63,988 nucleotides of DNA, taken from the NCBI GenBank assembly GCA_951406725.2, contig OX597816.1, positions 57,350,001 to 57,413,988 on the forward strand, read 5' to 3'. Position numbers and translations under genes: made by a program. The stretch comes from Octopus vulgaris. Taxonomy: Eukaryota. Position 1 is the first letter of the stretch, and each line of letters starts with the position of its first letter. The notes beneath the pieces were generated by a model, which was not told the DNA's origin, searched no databases, and worked only from the letters and a program-made list of their open reading frames with translations. Of the stretch, positions 49,085 through 61,193 are shown piece by piece.

Positions 49085-49747
49085 AATTTGCGCGCGCGTA
49101 TATATACATATATATATATACACACACACACACAAATTTGCGCGCGCGCTCACACACACGATGTCACTGTCAACTTTTCACTGAAAAATGTGTGTGTGTG
49201 TGTATTATATCTAAACATCATCTAAAACGTGTAAACAATCAGTCATATGTTGAAAGTTATATTATAAATAGGAAGTGGCTAACATTACTATTGCCTGCTG
49301 ATAATATCTTTCTTTAAATAGACCCTTAGAACGCATTTCATATTTCTACAGATTGTATCACATAATAAATATTTTTACACATAACGAATGATGTAATATG
49401 AGTAGTGGCTGATATTATCAGTTCATGATATCTTAATGTTATTGTATGATGAAACAAATGTATGTTGATGTATTGAGAAATATTTTACAATTTATTATTC
49501 TTTCATTGTACTGTTTGCTTATCAAATCAACGAGAGATAACCGTAAAACAATTAATCCCGAACAGCACGCTGGTGTACGGCATGTCGGAGGTCGGTGGGT
49601 TTCAAAACTAAAATTTTTAACGTGAAAAATATCTTCTAAATTGTGGTTATCCACGTTTTATGTATTGAATGAAACACCGGAGCGGGGGAGGTCGATGATA
49701 TTGGTTAACCCTACATCAAATCGACTTAACTTATGTCTAGATTAGAA

Positions 49748-49798
<51 letters not shown>

Positions 49799-50020
49799 AA
49801 GTTGGCGATATGGTTGAATCGTTAGCACGCTGCGCAAAATGCTTAATGGCGTTTTGCTCGTCTGTACGTTCAAATTTCAAATTCCACCGAATCAGACTTG
49901 ACCCTTCTTCCTTTCGGAGTCGATAAAATAAGTACCAGTCGAGCAGTGGAGTCGATGTAATAGACTTACACACTCCCCCGAACTTGCTGGCCTTGTGTCA
50001 AAATTTGAAACCAAATATTA
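49799..50020 (+). mobile_element. SINE family B, old variant
   Basis: ggcgatatggttgaatcgttagcacgc...ggagtcgataaaataagtaccag. Confidence 0.75.
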
Positions 50021-50116
50021 TTATTGTTGTTGTTTTACTTCTCAGAGAGCTCGGTCTTTTTTGCCCTGGTTGATCCTGTGAAAGTGGATAGCAGTCTGTT
50101 GTCAGAAGTCTCACAG

Positions 50117-50180
<64 letters not shown>

Positions 50181-50351
50181 CATTATAATCTTTGATAATT
50201 GGCTGTTAATTATCGTGGGAGACATTCAACATCCAAGTACAAATTTCAAAATCCTAGCTGTCTCCAACAGAGCAGTTTTGGGGGCTTGCTCTGCTATCAT
50301 GCCATTTCCCATTTCTCTGACATATTTCTCGAACTTAATTGTTAGTACCGA

Positions 50352-50578
50352 GTACCTATTTCTTTATTACCCACAAGGGGCTAAACACAGAGGGGACAAA
50401 CCAGGACAGACATAGGTATTAAGTCGATTACATCGACCCCAGTGCGTAACTTGTACTTATTTAATCGACCCCGAAAGGATGAAAGGCAAAGTCGACCTCG
50501 GCGGAATTTGAACTCACAACGTAACGCAGACGAAATACCGCTAAGCATTTCGCCCGGCGTGCTAACGTTTCTGCCAGA
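50352..50578 (-). mobile_element. SINE family B
   Basis: tacctatttctttattacccacaagggg...gctaacgtttctgccag. Confidence 0.9.
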
Positions 50579-50747
50579 GTACCTTTGCAACTACTGGAAT
50601 GACAGACACTCTCCTCATAGTCCACATTCTTGCAATTTCGTTTTTTTAGTAGTCTGTATTTTTCAATATTTAAAAAATTTTATTATCATCATTATTATTA
50701 TTATTATTTTTATTATTATTATTTTTTTTTATTATTATCTTTTTCAG

Positions 50748-50885
50748 GCCAAATGTCTGTCCTTACCAAGAAGTGGAAATGTCTTTGGTGCGGCAGCCTT
50801 GCGTACAAGCTTACACACGTTTAGTCAAAGTTTGGAAACCCAACTGTGGTTATATGCACAAATGGTGTGTTGGTTATGAACGAAA
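50748..50885 (+). CDS. MEGF6: Internal exon, EMI domain N-terminal half of a multiple-EGF-like-domain protein (MEGF6-like)
   Basis: ctttttcag|G...AA|gtaagt, 138 nt, phase 2-2. Encodes PNVCPYQEVEMSLVRQPCVQAYTRLVKVWKPNCGYMHKWCVGYER, matching the MEGF6 EMI pattern RQPCVQA...V.VWK..C....WCVG.ER. Not in the supplied ORF track frame. Confidence 0.92.
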
Positions 50886-51351
50886 GTAAGTTTCAAATAT
50901 TCAAACTCTCCTTCTCTCTTTCATTCACTACTAAAATATACTCTCGTTTCTTCGTGTTTTCTTATAATCAGGAAGCACATGTTTCGCACTGTCTCATTCT
51001 ATCTCTCCCTCTTCCTCCTCAACTTTCTCTGCCACTCCAACCTACTCTTCGTATATCTTTCATTTTGTAATCAATTTCCCTCTCTTTGAGTCTACTGCAA
51101 AATCCCGCCCCCCTTTAGGTTAGGATTCTCTCTCTCTCTTCATCTCTCTATCTATGGGTGTATAAACTATATATGTGTGAATATATATATATATATATAT
51201 ATAATCAAAATAAGCAACAAGGATATCCAAGGTAGAGTAGTAGAATTGTTTCATGCTACTTCATTTTATTAAACACTGTTAGTATTACATCAGTTTTAAA
51301 ATGTCGAGCAATCTTCAGCCACATATAGCATTTTTCAATTAAACGGACAAT

Positions 51352-51650
51352 TGAAGAACTTTTAGTCGAATGAATCGACCCCAGTCCTTTTTTTTAAACC
51401 TCCTATCGATTCTTTTTTGCCGAACCGCTATGTTACGGAGATATAGATAAACCGACACGGGTAGTCGAGTGGTGGTGAGGGACACACGCACATATATATA
51501 TATAATGGACTTCTTTCAGTTTCCGCCTGCCAAATCCATTCACAAAGCTTTTGTCAGCTCAAGGCTATAGTAGAAGACACTTGCTGCCACGCTGTGGAAC
51601 TGAACTCTAAACCATGCATTTAAGACTCAAATTCCTTACTACACAGCCAC
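51352..51650 (-). mobile_element. SINE family A, diverged
   Basis: ttagtcgaatgaatcgacccc...ggctatagtagaagacacttgc...cacagccac. Confidence 0.78.
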
Positions 51651-52058
51651 AAAGATATTGCTTTTGTTGTTGTTGTACGTTTCCTGGTCGGTTCTGATCA
51701 AGCGGACCTAAGCCAGAGAGGTATTCGGCCGAACTATTAGGTATGACCCTCAGATGTAGCGTTCCAAATATACTTTCTGCTTGGCTGAAGATCTCCGACA
51801 CTCAGCAGTTGATTGTATGGAGGGCAGTGTGTCAGTCTGGACATGCCCTTTCTCTACTGTGCATTGTTTCCGTAAAACTGTAGATAAACGAAGTTGTGAC
51901 CTCTATGTCAAAGGCGCAAGTGCCCTAAGAGAAAATCAAACCCGATTCATGAACCTTTATTGACTATATTTAGTACATGGGGCGGCATAAAAACCTCCCC
52001 TATTTTACACGACTGTTGGAATGGCACTAGTAAAATTAGTCATGTGATAATGTTTGTA

Positions 52059-52270
52059 CGGCGAGCTGGCAGAAACGTTAGCACGCCGGGCGAAATGCTT
52101 AGCGATATTTCGTCTGTCTTTACTTTCTGAGTTCAAATTCTGCCCAGATCCACTTTGCCTTTCATCCTTTCGGGGTCGATAAATTAAGTTCCAGTTGCGT
52201 ACTGGGGTCGATCTAATCGACTCCCCACCCCAAAAATTTCGGGCTTTGTACCTAGCGTAGAAAAGAATAA
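52059..52270 (+). mobile_element. SINE family B, full length
   Basis: ggcgagctggcagaaacgttagcacg...tagaaaagaata. Flanked by ataatgtttgtacg on both sides (probable TSD). Confidence 0.9.
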
Positions 52271-52524
52271 TGTTTGTACGTAACTAATATTTTATCGTTT
52301 TGCGTTCGTTACCATTCTAGTTTGAACTGGTGTACATTCTTCGTTTATTGTTAAAATATTTACCAAGAATAGTGAGTCTTGGAGGAGGTTTTTTTCTGCA
52401 CATTATATTATTTCACAGTATTAACCCATTCTTGCTAATTGGTAGCCATTTTGAAAATATTCTAGTAACTTTTGTTAGGGAATGTTTTTAATAAGCCTTT
52501 CTAGTCTTAGTCCGTTTGTGTGAA

Positions 52525-52835
52525 AGCGTAGTGGTTTGAGTATTCGACTCACGATTGTAAGGTCGTGAGTTCAATTCCCGGCAGCGCGTTGTGTCCTTGA
52601 GCAAGACATTTTATTTCACATTGCTCCAATCCATTCGGTTGGAAAAAATAAGTTGTACCTGTATTTCAAAGGTCCAGTCTTGTCACGATCTGTATCACGC
52701 TAAATATTTCCGAGAACTACGTTAAGGGTACACGTGTCTGTGGAGTGCTCAGCCACTTGCACGTTAATTTCACGATCAGCCTGTTCCATTGATCGGATCA
52801 ACTGGAACACTCTTCGTCGTAACCGACGGAGTGCC
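52525..52835 (+). mobile_element. SINE family C-related
   Basis: tagtggtttgagtattcgactcacgattgtaaggtcgtgagttcaattcc...cgtcgtaaccgacggagtgcc. Confidence 0.82.
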
Positions 52836-53649
52836 TTCTATATTCTGGAGTGTATCGCTAGGATATTTACGATTTTAACACATGCTCCCTGTACTAAAAG
52901 TCATATCAAGTTCATTGAGGACAAGTTGACTGCTAGTCTAGTTTGACAGGTGGCGCAGTCGCGTTGAGACTCGCTTGGTCATTTATCATTAAATGTAGGC
53001 GGATAGTTTAGTTTATGGGGTTTATCTCCATAATTTTGGCACTCTGCTCACTGGGTGAGATTAATTATTGCCTGGGTAGTAGTTATTATCATCATCATAA
53101 TTTTTATGTTGACTTTGTATGCTGGCATGAATTGGACGGGATATTTAGACAATATGTTAACCGTCATTTATATCACCAACCCTTTTAGACACACACAAAG
53201 ACACACTCCACTAAAACTTAGATTACACCCTCGTAAAAATAGTAATAGCAATAAATGTAATACTAGTAAAAGCGACAATTGCAACAATGGTTGGATTGAT
53301 GAATGCGTGTCCTTGCTTTGCAGTCATGAGATTCCGGGATCAATCCCACAGCATGGCACTGTGATTAATTTAATTCTTACCATTCTTAATAAAATTAAGT
53401 AAAAGGGAAAATAGGAATTTCAACATCGAGAGATGCCTTTACTTGGGTGGTAAACGTAACATGTGGTCGGGGTTAACACCAACACCTGGTCACACTAACA
53501 GGTCATTAGGGAATCTTCATTTAGAATCAGGCCTCCATTTTAAGAATAACAAGGTGGTCACTGCCTTCTTCCATCTGATTAAACGATGGAGGAAATAAAT
53601 ACATTATCATCGTGATCGATTGTGACGGTAAAATTAAGCGAATTTAAGT

Positions 53650-53952
53650 GGCACTCCGTCAACGAATGTTCCAGTTGGTCCAACCAACGGAACAGCCAGT
53701 TTGGCAAATTAAGGTACAAATGGCTCCATAGATAGGTGTACCTTTAACGCAGATCTCGAGGAGATTCAGACACAGACTATGACAAGGCTGACCCCTTCCT
53801 AATTACAAGTACAATTCAATTTTGCCAGCTGAGTGGACTGGGACAACGTGAAATAAAGCGCCTTGCCCGAAGATGCACCACGCTGTTGGGTATCGAACTC
53901 ACGCTTTTACGACTGTAAGCTGGATACCCAAACAGCTAAGCCACGCGCCTTC
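53650..53952 (-). mobile_element. SINE family C-related, old
   Basis: gcactccgtc...tgccagctgagtggactgg...ctaagccacgcgcct. Confidence 0.7.
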
Positions 53953-54217
53953 GCTAAACGCAATTATTGCCAGAAGCTCATCATTAATAAAAACCTGGCA
54001 CTGCAACAGAAACGTAGTCTAAACAAACAGAATGGTCATGGCTGGACTGTCTTTGGTCTTAGAGCTGCTTCATTAGGGACTGACTTAGAGCTGATTGAGA
54101 CACTGAAGAGGTCAGGTTTGAATATACCGTCCTTGTGTTTATTTTATTCTCTTGTTTACAACAAGTAAAACCACCAGAGGGAGGACAGCAACAGCTGTAA
54201 CGATCATTACACCTTGC

Positions 54218-54288
<71 letters not shown>

Positions 54289-54405
54289 GGAAACATTTTT
54301 TTTCAAAAAAACCTGTTTCAGACTTCAAATCACTCTTAATATACGACTTTACACACTGATCACTTTACCAGAACATTAGTACACAAGCACACACACACAC
54401 GTGTG

Positions 54406-54446
<41 letters not shown>

Positions 54447-55282
54447 CCTCTCTCTCTCTCTCTCTGTATGTATGTATATGAAAGTATACGTGCGCGTGTT
54501 TGTGTGTGTGCACATTCATATTCCCCTCTATGCACTTATGCCCATATACATGCATACACTCATACATGCATATCCACTACTCATGCATACACAAACTCCG
54601 GTAACACTACACTAATTCAATCATGCATGAATGCATATATCAACAGAGCAGTTTCACAGACTACTGCACATGTCTAAGCGGTGGGCAGCTTTTTGTGCGT
54701 ATATGAAAATGTGTGCGCGCTCGTATACATAATAAATATTACGTGTGTGTGTGATATATATATATATATATATACCCTTATGTGAAAATGCTAATGTATT
54801 CATAAATACACGTGTGAGTGTGTGTGTGCATACACATGCATACACATACATACATACACAGAGAGACAGATGATATACGGAAAAGTTTTCACAGAAAGCG
54901 ATGGTACCTTAAACATAGAACAGCACGACATAGAAAGATTCTAGATGAATGCCAAACCAACGAATGAGGGTTGTTTAACGATTTGGACAAGAAATGAGTT
55001 TGTGAAAACTGAAAAAGCTTCCACTAGAGCCAGAAAAGATGTAGATGTACATGAACACTTAGTTTGCTTCCGTCAGCTGCCAGCTAAGATCCACTGTGGT
55101 TTTGACACATTTAAAGGTGTCCCATCCCACAGTCTGTTGTTATCGGAATCTAAAGTTAGATCTAGCAGGCAAACATAAAACAAGATGAAAAACTAAGCCA
55201 TCATAGGACAAAGCACAGTGAACACTGATTTGAATTTCCAACCTAATCAGAAAATGTTGCGTGCACACACACACACAAATAT

Positions 55283-55480
55283 ATAAGGTTCCTGGCTTTA
55301 AGGGTATCGCGAAAGGAGGCCCAAACTTCCGAGTTCTTCTACAGGGCTTTGAAAAACTGAAAGACCACTGCAATAAGTGTGTGAATCTGAGAGGGGAATA
55401 TGTTGAATATAATCATAATTAACTGATCCTCCCGTATTTTCTTTTATCCAAACCCAGGAACTTTTCAGCAACCCCTCGTA
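55283..55480 (+). mobile_element. Internally deleted mariner-like element (3' coding remnant plus TIR)
   Basis: Encodes ..DHCNKCVNLRGEYVE (mariner C-terminal 'W.KC....G.Y.E' pattern) and ends ccaggaacttttcagcaacccctcg|ta. Partial left TIR gttcctgg. Confidence 0.7.
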
Positions 55481-55491
55481 TATATGAATAT

Positions 55492-55528
<37 letters not shown>

Positions 55529-55778
55529 CATCCAGAACAGACATTGATATTCTATATATCGTCGACGAGAGATTCGGCTATAATATCGCTACTGGACATC
55601 CATCACTGAAGATCCAATAGCAAGACGAAATCACATGATCTGCCAGTCCTGGTGGCCACAACAGACACTTCTCGTCTGTCAACACTATAAATAGAAGTGC
55701 TTACCACGAGTCCTTATGAGAAGCTTTCTCATGGTAAACAACGCAGTACCTGTCGCCATCATAAATAATGTGTGTATC

Positions 55779-55835
<57 letters not shown>

Positions 55836-55843
55836 ATATACAT

Positions 55844-55979
55844 CTATTAAGAAAAAGAGGTAGTTCCGGATTTTGAATAATCATTTATTTAGCATATTCA
55901 TCTCGTTTCAGAAATTCAGCAGGAATGATATTTTTACAGAAAATTTATGCCTTATCCATCTCTCTCTCTCTCTCTCTCT

Positions 55980-56070
<91 letters not shown>

Positions 56071-56283
56071 GCTGCAATAACATCACAAAAATGTCGCAAA
56101 AGAACTGCTACTCAGAGTTTCACGTTCCTGTTCGTCGGACAGTTGGGATTCAGAATCATGAAACTCCGAGTAGCATTTGTTTTTGTGATGTTTTTGCAGC
56201 TGTAATAATAAAGGATATTACTCTACCTCCAGTATTCGAGTACTATTTTTTCCCACCTTATTTCACATTTATCTGCTTACTCT

Positions 56284-56332
<49 letters not shown>

Positions 56333-56637
56333 ATTGACCTTTTGAATTATCATCAACGTAACCATCCCAGAAAACACCCCTTTTTACAGCCGACAACTGA
56401 CCAAAGAATGTAATACAATTTCAACCGGCTCAGAATAAGACTCCTTTCTCTCCGTTCTTTTCTCCTTCTGACTTTCATTTCAGTCCTTCTTTTCTTCCTG
56501 TTTTCTTTTTTGGGGGGGGGGTACAATCTTCGTTTTTCTCCTTCTAACCAAGCCTGCAAAAATTCACCACAGACACACACTCAAAATAACAAAGAATGTT
56601 CTCTTCCGAATCCAACACTAGGTTTTTGCAATTAACT

Positions 56638-56701
<64 letters not shown>

Positions 56702-56891
56702 AATGCTTAGCGGTATTTCGTCTGTCGTTACGTTCTGAGTTCAAATTCCTCCGAGGTTGACTTTGCCTTTCATCCTTTCGGGGTCGATAAATAAAAGTAC
56801 CAGTTTCGCACTAGGGTCGATGTAATCGACTTAATCCCTTTGTCTGTCCTTGTTTGTCCTCTCTATGTTTAGCCCCTTGTGGGCAATTAAG

Positions 56892-56937
<46 letters not shown>

Positions 56938-57040
56938 ACATACATTTTCTGTAAAAAATCATCCCTGATGAACCTCTGAAACGAGACGAAAGCGTTAAAA
57001 AAATAGTTATCCAAAATTCTAGCTACCATTTTTTTTTAAT
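55844..57040. mobile_element. Old TIR element with about 110-bp diverged inverted ends, filled with microsatellites and a SINE
   Basis: 55844-55955 (...tctcgtttcagaaattcagcaggaatgatatttttacagaaaat) is inverted relative to 56932-57040 (attttctgtaaaaaatcatccctgatgaacctctgaaacgaga...). Confidence 0.6.
56701..56895 (+). mobile_element. SINE family B, 5'-truncated, within (TA)n
   Basis: aatgcttagcggtatttcgtctg...ttagccccttgtggg. Confidence 0.87.
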
Positions 57041-57310
57041 ATCGACTAACTGTACAGCACTTCAAACATTCTATACCTAGGTGCGTGCGAATGTGTGGGG
57101 TGTATCGTAATATAAGAGTCGTAAAATATATTTCTATGTGTTTGACATATTTGAAACCTTATCTGATATAGAGAGCTCAATAGCATGGGTAGAGAGCGGG
57201 GCGAGGTATTTATTATATAATCATATATTCATATGCTGACATACTCATAATACACTCTCAAAAATCTGCACTGCCTCGACATGAGTATAGACAAGTCTAC
57301 TGACAACTAA

Positions 57311-57348
<38 letters not shown>

Positions 57349-57586
57349 TGAGGAAACTGGATATAAACGTCAGTCTTCAACAAAGACCTGTCTTCTCATA
57401 TCATATGATTACAATAACACACGCACACACATACATATCTATATGATATATACGCATGTGTCTATAATCATATATGCATATGTATTTATATATATATATA
57501 TATAAGAATGTATGCATAAGAATATATATGCATAACGGCACGTACGTATATATATATATATATATTTATGCATAAGTGTATATCTA

Positions 57587-57631
<45 letters not shown>

Positions 57632-57718
57632 ATACCCATATATTTATGCACGTATGCATGAATAGAAATGCATACATATATGCATATACGTGTATGTGTA
57701 CGCATGTATCTACACATG

Positions 57719-57750
<32 letters not shown>

Positions 57751-57975
57751 CGTGTGTGTGTGTAAATTTACACACACACACACACATGCATGATTATGCA
57801 TGCGCGCGCGCGTATGTGTGTTTGTAATTCGTTGATGAAAGAGAGAAATGGTGGTGTTATTTATTTTGCTGAGAATAGTAAAACATTTCCCACATCTGAA
57901 TTGAAGCGAATAAACCAGCAGACATGTTATGTGGGTGACGTATGTCTGGTGATATTATATGATATCCATCTCCGA

Positions 57976-58024
57976 AACACCACCAGGCATGGTATATATC
58001 TAATATACCATGCCTGGTGGTGTT
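57976..58024. repeat. Perfect 22-bp hairpin with 5-nt loop
   Basis: aacaccaccaggcatggtatat-atcta-atataccatgcctggtggtgtt. Confidence 0.92.
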
Positions 58025-58075
58025 ATTTGATATCTATGTCTGATATACCTCTGGACATGTTACATATATGATTAA

Positions 58076-58285
58076 AGGCGCGTGGCTTAGTGGTTAGAGA
58101 ATTCGACTCACGATCTTAAGGTCGAGAGTTCGATTCCTGACGATTTGTTGTGTCCTTGAGCAAGACACTTTATTTCACGTTGCTCCAGTCCACTCAGCTG
58201 GCAAAAATGAGTCGTACCTGTATTTCAAAGGACCAGCCATGTCAGATTCTCTCTGAGAACTAAGTGTACGCGCGTCTGTGGAATG
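58076..58285 (+). mobile_element. SINE family C-related
   Basis: ggcgcgtggcttagtggttag...gagttcgattcc...gtccactcagctggcaaaaatgagt. Confidence 0.82.
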
Positions 58286-58818
58286 CGCTACTGTTCCCCA
58301 AGTGACGCTAAATTCTCTGCTGTTGTTTTACCATATATATATCCTACACTAAAAACTCAACGTGTTCTTAATATTCGATATATATTTTGTTATGCTCTTT
58401 ATTCAGCTGTTTTTCTTCTATGTTGTTAGCAGTTGTTAACTCCTGTTTGCTTACAGTCACCTAATGGGCGCATGATGCTTACCCCATGCAAGAGAGTTCC
58501 AATTCTCAAGTAAAAACACTTCTTTCAGTTTTTTTTTCGCGGTAAAATCTTGAGTTTTATTCTTTAGTTACTATTTTACTCATTAGACTGCGGCCATGCT
58601 GGGTTACCATTATGAAGTGTTTAGTCGATCAAATCGACCTGAGTTCTAATATCTAATTCTGGTCTTTTTTACCGAAATGCTAAATCATGTGAACCCTCTC
58701 TGTGCATGGGGTAAACATCCTGCGCCCATTCTGTTATTGTAGTTTATCATATATCAATATAGATACTTATATGTGTGTGTGTGCGTATATATACATTTAT
58801 ACTGCTTTTTTTCTACAG

Positions 58819-58928
58819 AACACAATATTATATGACATATCGAGAGACGTTTCAGCCTCGTTATCGAACCAAATATAAATGCTGTCACGGCTGGAAGCAA
58901 CGCAATAAAGAAAAAGGATGCTTATTCC
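58819..58928 (+). CDS. MEGF6: Internal exon, EMI domain C-terminal half (MEGF6-like)
   Basis: tttttttctacag|A...C|gtaagt, 110 nt, phase 2-1. Encodes TQYYMTYRETFQPRYRTKYKCCHGWKQRNKEKGCLF with the EMI terminal CCxGW...GC motif. In frame with the 50748 exon. Confidence 0.93.
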
Positions 58929-59124
58929 GTAAGTATACAATTTTATTTTCTCCTTTTTCACAAAATTCCACTCATAAATACTAACCAGATATATTGATCT
59001 GTGGAATTATTCCAATAGTCCAGGAATTTTCAGGAATAAATGGTTTGGTAGAAATGTAATTGGGTTCAAACGGCTACTAACCTCTTTTCAAGATTCCAAG
59101 TTCGATTCCAGGAAGCTCAACCAA

Positions 59125-59171
<47 letters not shown>

Positions 59172-59660
59172 CAACAACATCAAAAAATACATTAGGAATG
59201 AGAACCCAGGTCTTTTATAATCTTGGGTCAGACACCTGTTTTTAGTGAAAGCCTGGTCAGACGCCAAAACATGTTAACCGAAACAGTCTGATGGACAATT
59301 ATCCATCAAATGTAAATAATTAGGCTTCTTACATGTTGTCATCACCAAATCCAATCACATGGCTTTGGTCAGCTCAAGGCAATAGTAGAGGTACACTTAA
59401 CATGAAAGCTGTCCCAACTGTGACCACTCCGTCGTTTTCCTAACCATGTGCTTAGAAACAAACAGCATCAGTATTATGCCTGTACCTATACCCAACACAC
59501 ACACACAATATTCACACACACACACACACTCACACAAACACACTCTCACACAAACACACATTATCTTACTTGTTATAACGCATCTCACAACGCGAAAGAT
59601 TTTGAGAAAAGCAATGTTGGAGTACTCCAGTTTCGATCGACATAATACCTGGCGTGTGTG

Positions 59661-60045
59661 TGTGGAGGTGCAATGGCCCAGGGGTTAGGGCAGCGGACTA
59701 GGCGTCGTAGGATCGCAGTTTTGATTCCCAGACCGGACGTTGTGAGTGTTTCTTGAACGAAAACACCTAAAAGCTCCACGAGGCTCCGGCAGGGAGTCGT
59801 GGCGAACCCAGGTGTACTCTATCACCACAACTTTCTCTCACTCTTTCCTCTTGTTTCTATTGTGTGTGTATTTCAAAGGGCCAGCCAGCCTTGTTACATT
59901 CTGTGTCACGCTGAGCCTCCCCGAGAACTACGTTAAGGAGACATGTATCTGTGGAGTGCTCGGCCACTTGCACGATAATTTCACGAGCAGGCTTTTCCGT
60001 TGATCGGATCAACTAGAACCCTCGTCATCGTAACCGGCGGTGTGC
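59661..60045 (+). mobile_element. SINE family C, full length
   Basis: gtggaggtgcaatggcccaggggttagggcagcggac...cgtcatcgtaaccggcgg. Confidence 0.87.
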
Positions 60046-60077
60046 TGCGCATATATACACATATATATATATATATA

Positions 60078-60636
60078 CTAGTAACCAAGTCCGGTTTCAC
60101 CCGGACGGTTTGGATGATGTGGTTGTAAAACCTGGTCTGTGTAAGCATTCGACTTGTTTGGGCACGCTTACGTTAAAAATCAATTTTAGAATGACTTTTT
60201 TTATGTCAAAACACTAAAAGTAACTGACCAACAAAAATAAAAACAACCGAGATTCGACTAAACCCAAATACTAAGCGAACAAAGATGAACCATCCCACTT
60301 CTATAACGTCGCACACATACACACACACACACACACATATCCCCCTTTTACATACACACACATATATTCACATAGAGTTGAAAATGCTGTTTAATTTTTT
60401 TTTACCGTACAATTTTCATCATCCCACTACCAAGTATGACATCACCCCTTCCTTTCTCATTCATAAACACGAGTATTATTATAATAGATTACCTCGGTAA
60501 CCATGGGAGCTATGAAAATATTACAAAGCCCAGCATGACCACCGGATCATTCTACACATCTGTGTAATTTTTCGCGGTTTCACCGAGCCGTTTGACCGTG
60601 AATCCCAAGACAAGAAAGAATCGCCCATGTCAAATT

Positions 60637-60680
<44 letters not shown>
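60078..60680 (-). mobile_element. Non-autonomous Helitron
   Basis: Terminal CTAG at 60078-60081, hairpin gtccgg-tttcac-ccggac 8 nt inside it, opposite end reads TCTATATATA on the minus strand. Confidence 0.7.
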
Positions 60681-60892
60681 TATATATATAGATAGATATA
60701 GAGAGAGAGAGAGAGACAGAGAGGGAGAGAGACAGACAGACAGAGCTAATAGTGAAGAATTATCAACCCAATCAAAATACCGTATAAGCTCTCCGTTGGT
60801 ACACTAGGCTAACAATATTGTTGAGATTAGTGAAGAACTCTAGGTATTTTTATGGCAGGTTTTTTTTATATATATGTATGAATACACGCACG

Positions 60893-60925
<33 letters not shown>

Positions 60926-61162
60926 TTATTAATCCAAACAAGTGATAATACAGAAGAAATGAAGTTGAAAACGCACAGAGAATAAATGAGTATTTAGTTA
61001 CATTTTAAAATGTATAAATATGCACTTGACTGGCTTCACAGTTGGTCTTCAAAAGTGTACCGCGAAAGAAACCGTGTCACAAACTGAATTTTTCTGACTG
61101 TCGTTGTAAAACTACACACACACACTCACACACATTCACACACACACTCACACACACATACA

Positions 61163-61193
<31 letters not shown>

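Noticed and set aside
50442-50879. 145-aa ORF overlapping the EMI exon
   Set aside because: Built from SINE B and (TTA)n sequence and in a different frame from the conserved EMI peptide.
56960-57000. CTGATGA...GAAA motif
   Set aside because: Lies in the inverted end of a TIR element. The partner arm at about 55900 lacks the boxes and stem I does not form.
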